Shown one piece after another: positions 13,437-28,771 of a DNA stretch of 64,000 nucleotides. Below the pieces are notes generated by a model. It was not told where the DNA came from. It did no database searches and saw only the letters and a list, made by a program, of their open reading frames with translations. The stretch lies in NCBI RefSeq assembly GCF_026210795.1, contig NC_089430.1, positions 372,001 to 436,000 on the forward strand, read 5' to 3'. The stretch comes from Rhizophagus irregularis (Eukaryota). Each line of letters starts with the position of its first letter. Position 1 is the stretch's first letter. The translations under genes and the position numbers were made by a program.

Positions 13437-16400
13437 ATTTTTTTTTCTGAAGGTGCTTTAAAAATTCAGATCAAAAATTTTACCATAATGAAATAAAATT
13501 TCAACAAAGTAATGAGTTCCCAAAATTTATTATTATAGCATCAAACATTAATTACTAATAGAAAGATAAATCAGATTAAAATATTATAGGTTTTCATTAA
13601 TACCTCTTCAAACTTTTTAGCCGGTAAAAACACTAGAGTATCTTTGATGCGGGTGGCGTCCTTGTTAATAAAAATTATTTGCATCATGAGTTATTCTTCA
13701 TTAGAAATTAGGCGTTCTTTTTTTGATTATTTCAATCAATACATTATTCTACTAGAAATTTTTTAAAAAATACCTTTTCTCCACGTATTAGGTTTAAGAT
13801 GCTAGTTTCAACTATTTAAAGTTAACTTCTTATGTAAATCATCAATTTGATATGTATTATATAAAAGTATTATTTATTCTTTCCTTTGATTAAAAAAAAT
13901 AAGTTTTAAATTCAGGTTTGGAGACAAATTGTTAATGGCAGATCGAGCACTTGAGCCATTATGTGATGCCTAACTTGGTTAAATTTTCTTTGAACCTTTA
14001 TTTTACCTAATAAAATAAATACGCCTGAATTTTTTCAATTTTAGATAAAGACAAAGTCTCCTTGAAAAAAAAAAAAATCTTTTATTAAAAATAGTTAATT
14101 TTAACATTTTACTTCATTCTAACTTTTAGGTAAAAATTCATATATTGAGCGAGAAAAAATTACAATTGATAAAGTTTATAATTCATTCTCATGAAATATA
14201 AATAAAAAAATGTAATATTATCATGAGCACGTTTTAATTTCTTTACTTGTATTATATCATTACAAAATACTAAGTTTGACTGCTAGTCTACGAAACGCCA
14301 TAATAAATTAATATTAATAAAACTAATTTAAAAAATGGACAATTGTTTTAAATCATTTGTTTCTGAGTAATACTTTTTGCGACTTAACATTTTGCATTTC
14401 ACAAATAAGTCAAACTAAATTCAATATTAATATTATTTTCAAGATGCCGATCTAGTAAGTGAACCTCGAGTTTTAAACCATTCGGGTTTGGTATGACTAT
14501 AAATCGGTTATTAATCTTTTCAAGAAAATTTGTCTGTTCGTGGGTCTATCAAATATCAATGGTTTTCCGAAATTTAAACAGTTAAAAACTTGCCGCTAAC
14601 TTTGACCAAAATATATGGGCGGAAATGGCAAATGGCTCAATGTCGATCATCAAGAGTCAAATCCGCTATAATAATTTCGCCATTGATTCTGGCTGGTGAA
14701 CCAAGTTCCAATTGATCAACATCTGGAGTTTTTTGATTTGTAATCATTTGTAATCATCCGGACCCGTGTCTTCCGCCATTATTACAGCTAATTCTACATC
14801 GGATCAAATAGGAAAATTAATATAACCTACTGACTAAATTTTGTACGTTACACACGGATAAAATTTTACTCGCTATTACCAATTAAGGTTAATGCCAATT
14901 TAAATAGGAAACAATAAAATCTTAAAATGTAACTCATTATATTGTATCCCGGAAATATTTTTGTTTTTCTACCAAAAATTCTTCTCTTAAAATTATTATG
15001 TACATTTTTAATAATAATCTTAAAATATAAACTTAAAGCAATTTTTTCGAATAAGTTGAGACGTAGGATTAATAGATATGGAGTATGTCCTTGTAAAAAT
15101 TGTGATTCTAATTGTCCTGCTTATCTAAATTTTTTATTACTGAAAGTTTTAGACCAATATATTAACGATAACAAACACGGAATAGATCACATCCTGGGTT
15201 TCCACATATAAAGCAAAAAAAAAATTTTTATTTCATAAATATATATAAAAGTAAAAATTTTTTCTGTATTGTTTACAGTATTATTCAATAAAAATATAAT
15301 AAAACTACTATTTAAAACTTAAAAAATTTATTTTATTTCTATTGATTTTATTTACTATAAAGTTACTTAAATATTAAGATTCTTTGAATTTTTCGCGAAT
15401 GTTTTAATGTTTTTATTTTTTTTCAAAGTTAAATGTTATACGAGATCAACCATGGTAAAAGAATGCTCAATTATCTATTAAAATATTGATTATGTGGGTT
15501 GGACAGGCAATTTTGGTAGAATAAGTAATTCATTGCGCTAACTGAAACGTTTACATAATTTACACTTATAGCAATTGAATTTCTCAAATAAATAACATTT
15601 ATTTTGCTTATCTCAAATAATATTATTATTAACCTAAAATATTATAATCAACTAATTTTCTGTAAAAATATGTAAATAATAGGGAGAAAAAACATAGTAA
15701 ATTGTATAAACGTTAAACATTTTTACATATCTAAAATTTAGAATAAAATTAAATAAATACCTGTTCCAATATGAATTTTTTTGAAGGAATATGCTTAAAG
15801 AAGTCAAAATTTCTTAATAAATAAAGGAACTAGAACAAAATTTTATTAATAATTGAGAATATTTCTAAAATAAGTCATATCAGATATTAGTATACAATTT
15901 TGAAAAGATAATTCTAATTCTTTGAATTAAGGTTTATGATAAATGTTGTTATTATTATTACATATAGGTAATTGAATTTTATTTTATATCAATTTCTATA
16001 TAGATTTTGATGATTATTTGTTATAGTAATAGTTGTAAATAAATTCCAAATAAATGAAAAAACTTTATTAACTAAGAAAAACTTTGTTGAATTTTTATAA
16101 AAGCCTTATTTGATAAAATAAAATTATTAAATCAAGTTTAACATTATATTGATAGATAACGCTAGAGATGCGATCCGACGGATAATCCGCCTTCAAGATA
16201 ACGGGTAATTTTCTGGATTCATCAACATTCATATTTACAGTTTAAAAAACCTAAATTAATTTATCTGACTTTGACCTACAGTACATATATAAACTATATA
16301 TTTAATGATGATGCTGCTCCATGATAAGTACTCGCGCAGCACTTTTAATATAAGCTTAGATTATGCTCTAATACGTATATTGATATCAACAAATTAAACG

Positions 16401-17315
16401 TGTTTGTTTAGTAGTATTTCGATCAATACTTTAATAATTTTTTTTTTTATGATAATAGTAAAGAAAATAACTAAAAATGAAATAAATGATTGATATACTG
16501 AATTAATATTTAATAATTTATATTTTCAGCATATTCGACGTTTACAGTATTCAAAATAAAAGGCTATAACATATTGAAATTAATGAAAAAAAAAATAGTA
16601 TATTGACAAAAAAAGACTCGATAATAACTTACCATTCCCAATACTACATTTACACATGTTTCTTCATATATTAAAATCTTGATGATAATATTTTAAGATT
16701 ACTACATTAAATAGTAAATACATTGTTTATATTTAGTTTACATATGCCTGAAAATAAAAGACAAAACTCGCATTTAAATATTTGACCAAAGTTATCAAAA
16801 ATTCTTGAAATTCAATTCTAACCGAAATCATTAATTATGGCCAGAATTATTAGAAATATGAAATATTACAATTCCAAATTCTAAAATTCTAATAAATTGA
16901 TAACATTTGCCTTGATCATGATCCTTAATCACATTATCGGTTACATGTGATCAATTAAAGTGATCTCTAAATCAATACTGTGTTTTGAGTAACCATATTT
17001 ACTATTTTAGCAATGATTGGGCGACGCGTGCTTTGTTATTTATTAACAATTTCACTTCACTTTACATTTCATTTGTCAAGCTTTCCAAATTTTGAAATTC
17101 TACAAATCATAATATGTAATTTGATAATTTATACAATAATTTATTAGTAAAATATAATGTGAAAATAATTATTTAAATTGCAAGCTAAGAATTTTGAAAG
17201 AAATCTCTTCTTTCTACTCTAGACTTAGTGTTTAAATAATTTTATAATAATGATAAGAAATATTATTGATATAATAATAATATTGTTATTATTTAATTGA
17301 AATAATTTATATGTA

Positions 17316-19584
17316 TTAAATATCTAAATATATAATAAAAAAAATCGAGTTAAAAAAAAAAATGCTGAAATTTTATTTTAACTTTTAAATAAGAAAAAAT
17401 GTTTAATTACCATCAGGAAGTTCAAATTCATTTTGTTCTTCCAAATGAAAATTTGGATTATTATAGTATATTTCATCCTCATCTATAAAAACAAAAGAAA
17501 AAACAACTTAAAATTAATTATTGAAATTATATAGTTTAGATAATCTTACATACCATCAACGTTAATATTATTTTTCTTCACTTTTTGTTGCATTGTTTCT
17601 CCTTTATAATCATTTTGAATATCTTAAAAAATTTAAATAAAATTATGTTTTTAATATTAAATAAATTTTAGATCAATATAATAATTATTATTTTACTTGC
17701 CATTCTTTGAATTCCTTTTAAATATTTTGGATAACTTCTTACTATCAACTATATTATATAATTTAGTATAAAATTAATCATTGAATATTTTGATTATCGT
17801 AAAACAAATAATTTTGACGTACTATTCTTCTGAATACCCGATTTATCAAATTCATCAACTAAAAAAAAGTTAAAATAGATAAATATAATGTTTATTTTAC
17901 AGAAATCCAATAATACTTACTATTATCAGGAATAGATAAGTCATATGATTTACTATAAAATGCTAAAATGTCCACGAAACAAACACAATTATTAATTATT
18001 TTAAATAAATACTATAAATAAATTTAAATTTATACCTTCTAGTTCTTCTATTGTTTATATAATAAAGCATCATTGATTAATATTTAGTATCTTAATACTT
18101 TTTCTAAATATTTAACAAAACAATTCATTATAATAAATATAATACCTTCTGTTGCATTTCTGGGTTCAGGAAGATTGTCAAATTGATGAAGTTTACTTGC
18201 AGATAAACTACTACTACTACTTGTATAATTTTCTATACTTTTCCATTCTAAATTATTATTTACTTCTGGTTGAGTTAATGATTCATTTGATTTATTTTGA
18301 TAAAATAAATTGATTTCTTTTATTTTCTTCCAAAGTGCAGCAACATCGGGTCTTTTAAATGGATCAGCATCCCAGCATTGTTTCATTAAATTTTTATATT
18401 CTAAAGGAGTTCCTGGTACAATTTTTGGTCTTATACCATTAACAATATTCATTGCAAGATCATAATTATGTTCATAATTAATAAATGGTGGTTGTCCAGA
18501 TGAAATTTCCCACATAAGCATTGCAACACTATAAATATCAGATTTATGAGTCTGTACTTTTCCAATAATAACCTCAGGTGCCATATAAGGAAGATTTCCA
18601 TATATACTTTTTAATGGTTTATCCGCAGGTCCACAAAACCCAAGATCACTAATATTAAGTCCAAAATTTTTAAGTAATAAATTTCCAGAATGCAAATCTC
18701 TATGAATCGCATTCTCTTCATGAATTCTTATAAGTGAAAAAATTATATTCTCAGCAATTTGAATTCTTTCTTTCCATGTAAGTTTATTATGATTTTGTTG
18801 TAAATATTTTCTTAAATCTATATCCATTTCATACATTACAAGCATATAATTTCCATTTGATGGATCTTGTGTTAAACCAAAACATTGGACGATTTCGGTC
18901 CATTTATTGCTCATATTTAAATGTGATTTTGCCTATAAAAATAAAATATTAATATAACTTATAATATTAATAATTTTTTAAATACTTTAAATTACAAACC
19001 TCATCAAACCAATTTTGATTTGCATTTTCAACATTTACTAGTATTTTAAGCACTACAACATGTTCTCCAAATCTTTTTAATTGTTGTTTTTTAGAATCCC
19101 ATTCTTTATATTTTCCATTAATCCAATCTGCTGTATAGATTTCAGAGCATCCACCTTTTGTTAGATATTTGATATTTTTTAAATTATCATATGGAATCCA
19201 TTCTGGTATCCTATTTGGTGCCAGTGTTTTCATTTGACACTCTTGTAATAAATTATCAATATCAACATTTCCAGATGTCCAATTTGAAAAATTTGCTTTT
19301 AAATAATTTCGAACACAAAGTTCACAAAATAATGTAGCTAAACATTCTTGGTTACAATTTTCACAAATTCTTTTTGTTCCTTCATTAAACGTAATTTTTT
19401 CATCATCATAAGTTTTAGTTAATATTGTTATTGCTTCAGATTTCTCATTTTCTGTAAGTGATTCATCTGCAAGAACTGTTTGTTTTTTAAATTCAAATTG
19501 TTTATGTATATCATTGTAAATGTTATAATCTATTAATGCAAATGCTCCCTCAATTGCAAAATAAATTTTATCATTATAGGACAT
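17316..19584 (-). CDS. TKL-type protein kinase with a micro-exon-encoded acidic tail
   Basis: Exons 19584-19000 and 18932-18146, then short exons including a 12-nt exon (18047-18036) and a GC donor near 17700, ending ..ELPDDI* at 17316. Motifs TKGGCSEIY, HRDLHSGN, DLG, APE; CENC..CELC motif. Confidence 0.85.
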
Positions 19585-21051
19585 AATGAATTATATTGTA
19601 GAAGCTTCAAACTTTTAAAAATTAATTTAGAAAAAGTTTCTCAGAATGGAGTCAAATAAATTTATCAAAGTTAGTTGTGCAACTCAATGATCGTTACAAA
19701 AAAAAAATCGTACTACACGAGTCTGTGGTACGGGTTTGTACATTGTAAAAGGCGTAAAATTTTATACCAAAGACATGTGTCTTGCTTTTGTAGTTTTATT
19801 ATTTTTTTTTTTTTACAAGACAAATTTCCTGCATGTAGGTAAAATATTATAGTATTATGGCAATAAATAATCACAAACTTTTATTTGTGTATATTTTATC
19901 GTTCGTTTTATTTTTAAACTAGTACAATTATATGTGTGGTTAAGAATTCTTTGTTATACATATAAAGTTAATAGCAAATAACTGTATTACAGAATCAGAA
20001 CTAAAGGGATAAATTGATTTAATTGTGTAATGTTGTGTAATGTTGTGCAATGGTCCACTTGAAATTTTTTTTATGCCGATCTTATCATCAGATAGTAAAA
20101 CTTGTAACTTGTAAAAACCGAAAATTACAAGAAAAAACTAAAAGGAATAATATAGAATAAATAATAATATTTTTAGGAGAATTGATTAATATTTCATTAA
20201 ATGTATTCTTTTATGGAAATTTTATAAATAATTTGACGCGATACTCAATAAATAAATTTTACATCTTGTTTTTTAACGTAAAACTTTAACAGAAATTTGG
20301 TTTCTTCACGTGACTGGGTGGGTCCTGTTCTTTAGGAGATTTTTTGGCATTTTGTCTATTAAAATAATTGACTGAAACTTGATACTTATTTGATTCCAAA
20401 CAATATTTTAATGTGATAAATAAATTTATTAATAACAAGAAAAATTATAAAATTCAATGACTAATTATACCTTAATCTTAAATCCTATGTGACATGTGAC
20501 GCACGTCAGTTACAGTATCATCTGAGATCCTGACGCAAAGAGTTATTTATTTTTCACTGTAATTCACATATTAAACATATTAAAGCAACTAGAAAATTAA
20601 TACCGTGAAATTCTTTACATCTACTAAAAAAAGTTGCATCTCAATTAGTTATTGAATAACACAAAAATTACTCCTCATTATCAAATCTATCTAGTTTTAT
20701 AAATTTTTTATTTAATTAATAAACTCAGAAAATATATATAAAATAAACAATATAAATAAACTAAATTATAATATCTTCACAATTCAAAATCCTACTTAAT
20801 GTCATTCTTAATCAATCAATCCTATTGGAATAATTATCGAGGTGTAAATTTGTAAACTATATTTTTTTTAGAACCTCACAAAAAAACTACGATATATGTA
20901 ATTTTAAACTATATTGACGGAAAAATTCAAAGATATAAAATCATTACAGAATTACTTACGATTTAAATAATAAAAATAAACAAACAAATAAACTGACTAT
21001 TCTTAATAAACAGTGCTATAATAAATGTAAGTTTAAAATTTACCATCTTTA

Positions 21052-24000
21052 TTAAATGTTTAGTTGAGAAATATCAATTTGCAAAGATAACGACACTAAT
21101 TAATAAATAAAGTTTTCATTAATAATTTACAACTAATTTAAATACTTTTTATTAACCATTACCTGAAGATTCCATGCTAATTATATCATCGTTCTGATTA
21201 TCATAATAATCGACAGTATTTTTTGGTTCAGGAAGATTATTAAAATTAAGCAATCTACTGGTATAAATATCTTCTGAACGTGATTTATATGATAATCCTA
21301 AGCTGGTTGAAGGTGCACTACTGACCGCCAAATTCTTATTGATATTTTCTGCTTCTCTAATTTGTATTTGTATTTCATGATTTTTCAATTTATTAAATAA
21401 TTCATTAGACCATTGATTTAAAATTTTTTTGATTTCTTCTGCTTCTGGTCGAGTTAACGGATTTGAATCTAAGCATCTTTTAATTAAATGGACAATTAAT
21501 TGTGGTACTTTGATATAAAACCTTGGCCTGAGTCCTTTACAAATTCTTATTGCTAAATTATGATCATGACTTACATCATGATATGGAGGTAATTCAGAAA
21601 TTACTTCATACATAATAATACCAAAACTATAAATATCTGAGGCTTTGGTATAATTTTGTCCTCGTAAAATTTCAGGAGAAATATAAGGTAAAATACCATA
21701 TGTACTCTTTTTTGCATTTTCTGATGGATTGTAATCTGCAGGTTTACATAATCCCATGTCGGTTATACAAGTGAGATCTTTGAACCTTAGTATATTGCCA
21801 ATATGTAAATCTCGATGAATTAATTCGTTTTTATGAATATCTGCAAGCCCTCGTGCAATGCTAAGTAAATAATTAATTTTATCATTAAGATATAATTTGT
21901 TATGATTTTTATTTAAATAATTTCGTAAATCTCCATCCTCTGCAAAATCTAAAACCATAGCATAATTTTCTGTTTCTGGATCTTGAGTTATTCCATAAAG
22001 TTTAACAATACACCTACCCAAATTTACTTTACAGTGTGATGTAATCTAAAATAAATGTATATATATTAGCAAAATTAAATATTTGCAACTTTTCAAATAA
22101 TAAAATTAGTTACCTCATTCATAAACTCTAATGTAACATTTTTTGAATTATTCAAACATTTTAATGCCACCAACATATTTTTATTCCTTCTTCTCCAATT
22201 TTGATTTTTATTATCCCATTTATCTATACATCCATCAATCCAATTTGCTTTATACACTTTACCAAATCCACCTTTTGCAATATAAGTAATATCATGAAAT
22301 TTATTGTAAGGTATCCATTCCAACGCATGGCATGCATTATAACTATGGTCTGATAGCTGAATATCTTGAATAAATCCATCAATATCATTATTACCACTTG
22401 TCCAATTATTGAAATTTTGTTGAAAATGTAATGCATTACACACATGCTTATATTTTTTACATTCTTCACTATAAGCTACTATATAATTTTTTGTCTCCGG
22501 ATCCTTAGTTATCCCATAAACTTCATGAAAACCTATAAACTATAAAAATAAAATATTAACGAAAATAAAAATTTTCAGAATTTCATTAATAATAAAAATA
22601 ATAAATTCATACCTCATTAATAAATTTTAACAAAACGTTTTCTGAACTATTAAAGCTTCTCAAAGTTACAATCATATCTTGATTTTTTCTTTTCCAATTT
22701 TGATTTTTATCATCCCATATATTTATATATCCATCAATCCAATTAGCTCTATATAATTTATCAGAAAAATTTTGAAGTTGCAGATCTGCGCATACTTTTG
22801 TAGTACATTTAATGTTATAAAATTTATCATAAGAAATCCATTCTAATGTTTTTGATATCTGATAGGTATTATGTGACAATAGCTGAGTAGTCTGAATAAA
22901 TTCATCAATATCATTATTACCACTAGTCCAATTTTTGAAACTTCGTTGAAAATGTATTGCATTGCATACTTTTTTACATTTTTCACATATATCTTTCAGA
23001 ACAAGCATATAATTTTGTGTTTCTGGATCTTGGGTTATCCCATAAACTTTATTATCAAATCCTATAATCTGCAACTAAAATAAAATAACACTGAAATATA
23101 TTAGTAAAAATAAAATTTTATAAATTATACTAAATGAAAAATAATTTTAATACCTTATTCATTATAAATTTTGATTCAATAGATTTTGGATCTGTACTTA
23201 AATTTTTTAAAATTACAAACATATTTTGATGCTTTCTTTCCCATTGACCTTTATTATCCCATTGGTTTATATATCCATCAATCCAATTTGCTCTATATAC
23301 TTTATCACTATTCTTTGCAATACATTCAATATTATAAAATTTGTCATAAGGTATCCATTCTAATACTTTTGATAATTGATAGGTTTTATGTAATAGTTGA
23401 GAATTTTGAATAAATTCATCAATAATATTATTACCACTAGTCCAATTTCCAAAATTTAGTTGAAAGTGTATTGCATTACATATATTATTACATTGCTTAC
23501 ATGTTAAAACTACCATGTATTTTTCTGTTTCTGGATCTTGGGTTATTCCATAAACTTTATAGGAACCTATAGTCTACAAATAAAATAGATGTATTGAATA
23601 TAATAACAAAAAATATTTTATTAAATAATAGTATTAATTATACCTTATTTAATTCGCTAACTTTTAAAACATTTAAACTTTTCAAAATCAAATAAATATA
23701 TTTGTCTTTTCTTTTCCAATTTTGATTTTCATCATTCCATTCATTTATATATCCATCAATCCAACTTGCTCTATATATTTTATCTTTTACAATGCATTTA
23801 ATATAAAATTTATCATAGGGTATCCATTCTAATGCTTCTGATAATTGATAGGTTTCATGCGATGATAGTTGAGAATTTTGAATAAATTCATCAATAATAT
23901 TATTACCACTAGTCCAATTTCCAAAATTTAGTTGAAAGTGTATTGCGTTACATATATTATTACATTGCTTACATGTTAAAACTACCATGTATTTTTCTGT

Positions 24001-27000
24001 TTCTGGATCTTGGGTTATTCCATAAACTTTATAGGAACCTATAGTCTACAAATAAAATAGATGTATTGAATATAATAACAAAAAAATATTTTATTAAATA
24101 ATAGTACTAATTATACCTTATTTAATTCGCTAACTTTTAAAACATTTAAACTTTTCAAAATCAAATAAATATATTTGTCTTTTCTTTTCCAATTTTGATT
24201 TTCATCATTCCATTCATTTATATATCCATCAATCCAACTTGCTCTATATATTTTATCTTTTACAATGCATTTAATATAAAATTTATCATAGGGTATCCAT
24301 TCTAATGCTTCTGATAATTGATAGGTTTCATGCGATGATAGTTGAGAATTTTGAATAAATTCATCAATAATATTATTACCACTAGTCCAATTTCCAAAAT
24401 TTAATTGAAAGTATATTGAATTACATACATCATTACATTTTTCGCATGTTAAAACCACCATGTAATTTTCTGTTTCTGAATCTTGGGTTATTCCATAAAC
24501 ATTATCGAATCCTATAATCTGCAACTAAAATAAATAACATTGAATATATTAGTAAACATTAAATTTTATAAATTACATTGGGTGAAAAATAATTTTAGTA
24601 CCTTATTCATTTTTGATTCAATAGATTTTGGATTTGTACTTAAATTTTTTAAAATTACAAGCATATTTTGATGCCTTCTTTCCCAATTTTGACCTTCATT
24701 ATCCCATTGGTTTATATATCCATCAATCCAATTTGCTCTATATACTTTATTTCCGCTTGTTGAAATACATTTCATGTCATAAAATTTGTTATAAGGTATC
24801 CATTCTAATGATTTTGATAATTGATAGGTTTTATGTGATGACAGTTGAGAATCTTGAATAAATTTATCAATAATATTATTACCACTAGTCCAATTTCCAA
24901 AATTTAATTGAAAGTATATTGCATTACATATGTCATTACATTTTTTACATGTTAAAACCACCATGTAATTTTCTGTTTCTGGATCTTGGGTTATTCCATA
25001 AACTTTATAGCAACCCATAGTCTAAAATGAAATGGATATATTAAATATACTAACAATAATCAAAATATTCAAAATATTTTAATAAATGAATGATAATATT
25101 AATTATTACCTTATTTAATTCACTAACTTTTAAAATATGATCTAAACTTTTCAAAATCATAGATATATTTTGGCCTTTTCTTTCCCAATTTTGATTTGCA
25201 TAGTCCCATTTATTTATATATCCATCAATCCAATTTGCTCTATATACTTTATTACCACTTTTTGAAATACATTTAATATCATAAAATTTGTTATAAGGTA
25301 TCCATTCTAATGCTTTTGATAATTGATAAATTTTATGTGATGATAGTTGAGAATTTTGAATAAATTTATCAATAATATTACTACCACTAGTCCAATTTCC
25401 AAAATTTAATTGAAAGTATATTGCATTACATACATCATTACATTTTTCACATGTTAAAACCACCATGTAATTTTCTGTTTCTGAATCTTGGGTTATCCCA
25501 TAAACATTATTAAATCCTATAATCTGCAACTAAAATAAATAACATTGAATATATTAGTAAATATTAAATTTTATAAATTACATTAGGGGAAAAATAATTT
25601 TAGTACCTTATTCATTTTTGATTCAATAGATTTTGGATTTGTACTTAAATTTTTTAAAATTACAAGCATATTTTGATGCCTTCTTTCCCAATTTTGACCT
25701 TCATTATCCCATTGGTTTATATATCCATCAATCCAATTTGCTCTATATACTTTATTTCCGCTTGTTGAAATACATTTCATGTCATAAAATTTGTTATAAG
25801 GTATCCATTCTAATGATTTTGATAATTGATAGGTTTTATGTGATGACAGTTGAGAATCTTGAATAAATTTATCAATAATATTACTACCACTAGTCCAATT
25901 TCCAAAATTTAATTGAAAGTATATTGCATTACATACATCATTACATTTTTCACATGTTAAAACCACCATGTAATTTTCTGTTTCTGAATCTTGGGTTATC
26001 CCATAAACATTATTAAATCCTATAATCTGCAACTAAAATAAATAACATTGAATATATTAGTAAATATTAAATTTTATAAATTACATTAGGGGAAAAATAA
26101 TTTTAGTACCTTATTCATTTTTGATTCAATAGATTTTGGATTTGTACTTAAATTTTTTAAAATTACAAGCATATTTTGATGCCTTCTTTCCCAATTTTGA
26201 CCTTCATTATCCCATTGGTTTATATATCCATCAATCCAATTTGCTCTATATACTTTATTACTACTTTTAGAAATACATTTAATATCATCAAATTTGTTAT
26301 AAGGTATCCATTCTAATGCTTTTGATAATTGATAGGTTTTATGTGATGATAGTTGAGAATCTTGAATAAATTTATCAATAATATTACTACCACTAGTCCA
26401 ATTTCCAAAATTTAATTGAAAGTATATTGCATTACATACATCATTACATTTTTCACATGATGTTAAAACCACCATGTAATTTTCTGTTTCTGAATCTCGG
26501 GTTATTCCATAAACTTTATAGCAACCTATAGTCTAAAATGAAATAGATACGTTTGAATATGTTAATAAAAATTAAAAATCCTATTAAATAATAATATTAA
26601 TTATACCTTATTTGTAAGTGTTAATTCACTAATATTTGAAATATTTAAACTTTTTAAAATTACAACCATATTTTGATGTTTTCTTTTCCAATGTTGATTT
26701 TCAACATTCCATTTATTTATATATCCATCAATCCAACTTGCTCTATATATTTTATCTTTTACAATGCACTTATTAATATAAAATTTATTATAGGGTATCC
26801 ATTCTAACACATTGTATGATACAAAATAATTATGTTCTAATAGTTGAGTATCTTGGATAAATTTATCAACATAATTATTACCGCTTGTCCAATTTTTGAA
26901 ATTTTGTTGAAAATGTATTGCATTACATATATAACCACATTCTTCACATATATCTTTCTGAACTATTATATAATTTTTTGTATCTGGATTTTGAGTTATC

Positions 27001-27972
27001 CCTATTGTTAACTATAAGTATAATAAATTAATAAGAGGTATACTGTTTAAAAAATGATAAAATAACTTGCCTTGTTTACAAATTCTGATATATTATATTT
27101 TGGATCACTTAAATTTTTTAGAATTACAAACATATTTTGATGCCTTCTTTCCCATTGACCTTCATTATCCCATTGGTTTATATATCCATCAATCCAATTT
27201 GCTCTATATACTTTATTACTATTTTTTGCAATACATTTAATATCATAAAATTTGTTATAAGGTATCCATTCTAATGCTTTTGATAATTGATAGTTTTTAT
27301 GTGACAATAGTTGAGAATTTTGAATAAATTCATCAATAATATTATTACCACTAGTCCAATTTCCAAAATTTAGTTGAAAATGTATTGCATTACATATATT
27401 ATTACATTTTTCACATGTTAAAACCACCATGTAATTTTCTGTTTCTAAAATTTGGGTTATTCCATAAACTTTATAGCAGCTGATAATCTACAAATGAAAT
27501 AGATATGTTTGAATATGATATTAACAAAAATAAAAATCTTATTAAATAATAGTATCAATTATACCTTATTTGTAAGTGTTAATTCACTAATATTTGAAAT
27601 ATTTAAACTTTTTAAAATTACAACCATATTTTGATGTTTTCTTTCCCAATTTTGATTTTTATCATCCCATTTATTTATGCACCCATCAATCCAATTTGCT
27701 TTATATACTTTGTTTTTTTCAATGTACTTAATATTATGAAATCTATCATAAGGTATCCATTCTAGTGCTTTTTCTGCATCGCTATGAGCTAATAGTTGAG
27801 TATTTTGGATAAATTTATCAATATCATCATTACCACTAGTCCAGTTTTTAAAATTTTGCTTAGACCGTTTTTCAAAACAAATTTTATAACATTTTATAAA
27901 TATCTTATCTGACTTGTATAGAATAATGATGAGTATGAAGAAGAAGGCACCAATAATTTGAATGAAACCCAT
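21052..27972 (-). CDS. Giant TKL kinase (about 1,980 aa) with an N-terminal hydrophobic anchor and 12 exon-encoded Cys-motif/N-lobe modules
   Basis: Exons 27972-27565, 27487-27071, 27011-26607, 26532-26110, 26026-25607, 25523-25110, 25021-24602, 24518-24117, 24045-23644, 23573-23154, 23068-22613, 22539-22114 (all multiples of 3, phase 0), then 22045-21163 (HRDLHIGN, DMG, SPE) and 21095-21052. Confidence 0.85.
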
Positions 27973-28771
27973 TTAAATAATAATAAACGAATTCAAATTA
28001 ATAAAACAATTTGTTCGGAAGAATTTCAGTAGATAATGAAAAAAAATTCCGGAAAAAAATATTTTAGAGCGAAGATCATATAAATTGGTTAGTTAATCAC
28101 GCCGATCCCAATCTGCAGAATGATGTAATAGTTATTTCACGGGGATGATTTTCATAAACCGTGGAATAACTGGCGGTATCCGTACCATAAAGCTTTTTAA
28201 TATACTTATTTTGACTAATAATTATAGTCTTTTTATTCCAATATTGATAGACCTTTTACCCATCTTTTTAAATAATGAGAATATCAAGAAAAAAAATCAC
28301 AAAAAAAAAATATAAAAATCTAAAATTATTACATGCCTTCTGCAGATCGGCGAATATGTTATGTTACTATTATTTTTTTTTTCTAGTAATTCTCTTTATT
28401 AGTATCGTAAGAAATTTGGTACAAATCTAATTTAATATAATAAAGACGTAAAACACCTAATCAATAAAGTAACCTATCTATTAAAATAACCTATTTAACG
28501 TGCAAAACTATTATTACTATTATTATTATTTTTATAACACATCCGTTAAAGAAAATTTAAGCTCTACCTTTTATTAAAATTCATTAATTATTCTCAAACA
28601 TATTATAAGAATATTTTCCAAAAAATTAAAATGCACTATAAACTTTTCTAGCTTTGAACTGAAATCGTAAAGAAGCCAAAGATATATATTTCAATTTGAT
28701 ATTTTCAGTTAAGTCATCATAAAACGAATTGCTACAATTATGATAATTGCTAAGCAAGAATTAGTGGCAAC

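Noticed and set aside
28101..28352. Small inverted repeats upstream of the giant kinase
   Set aside because: Stems of 12-14 bp with mismatches; cannot be distinguished from chance or old TE debris.
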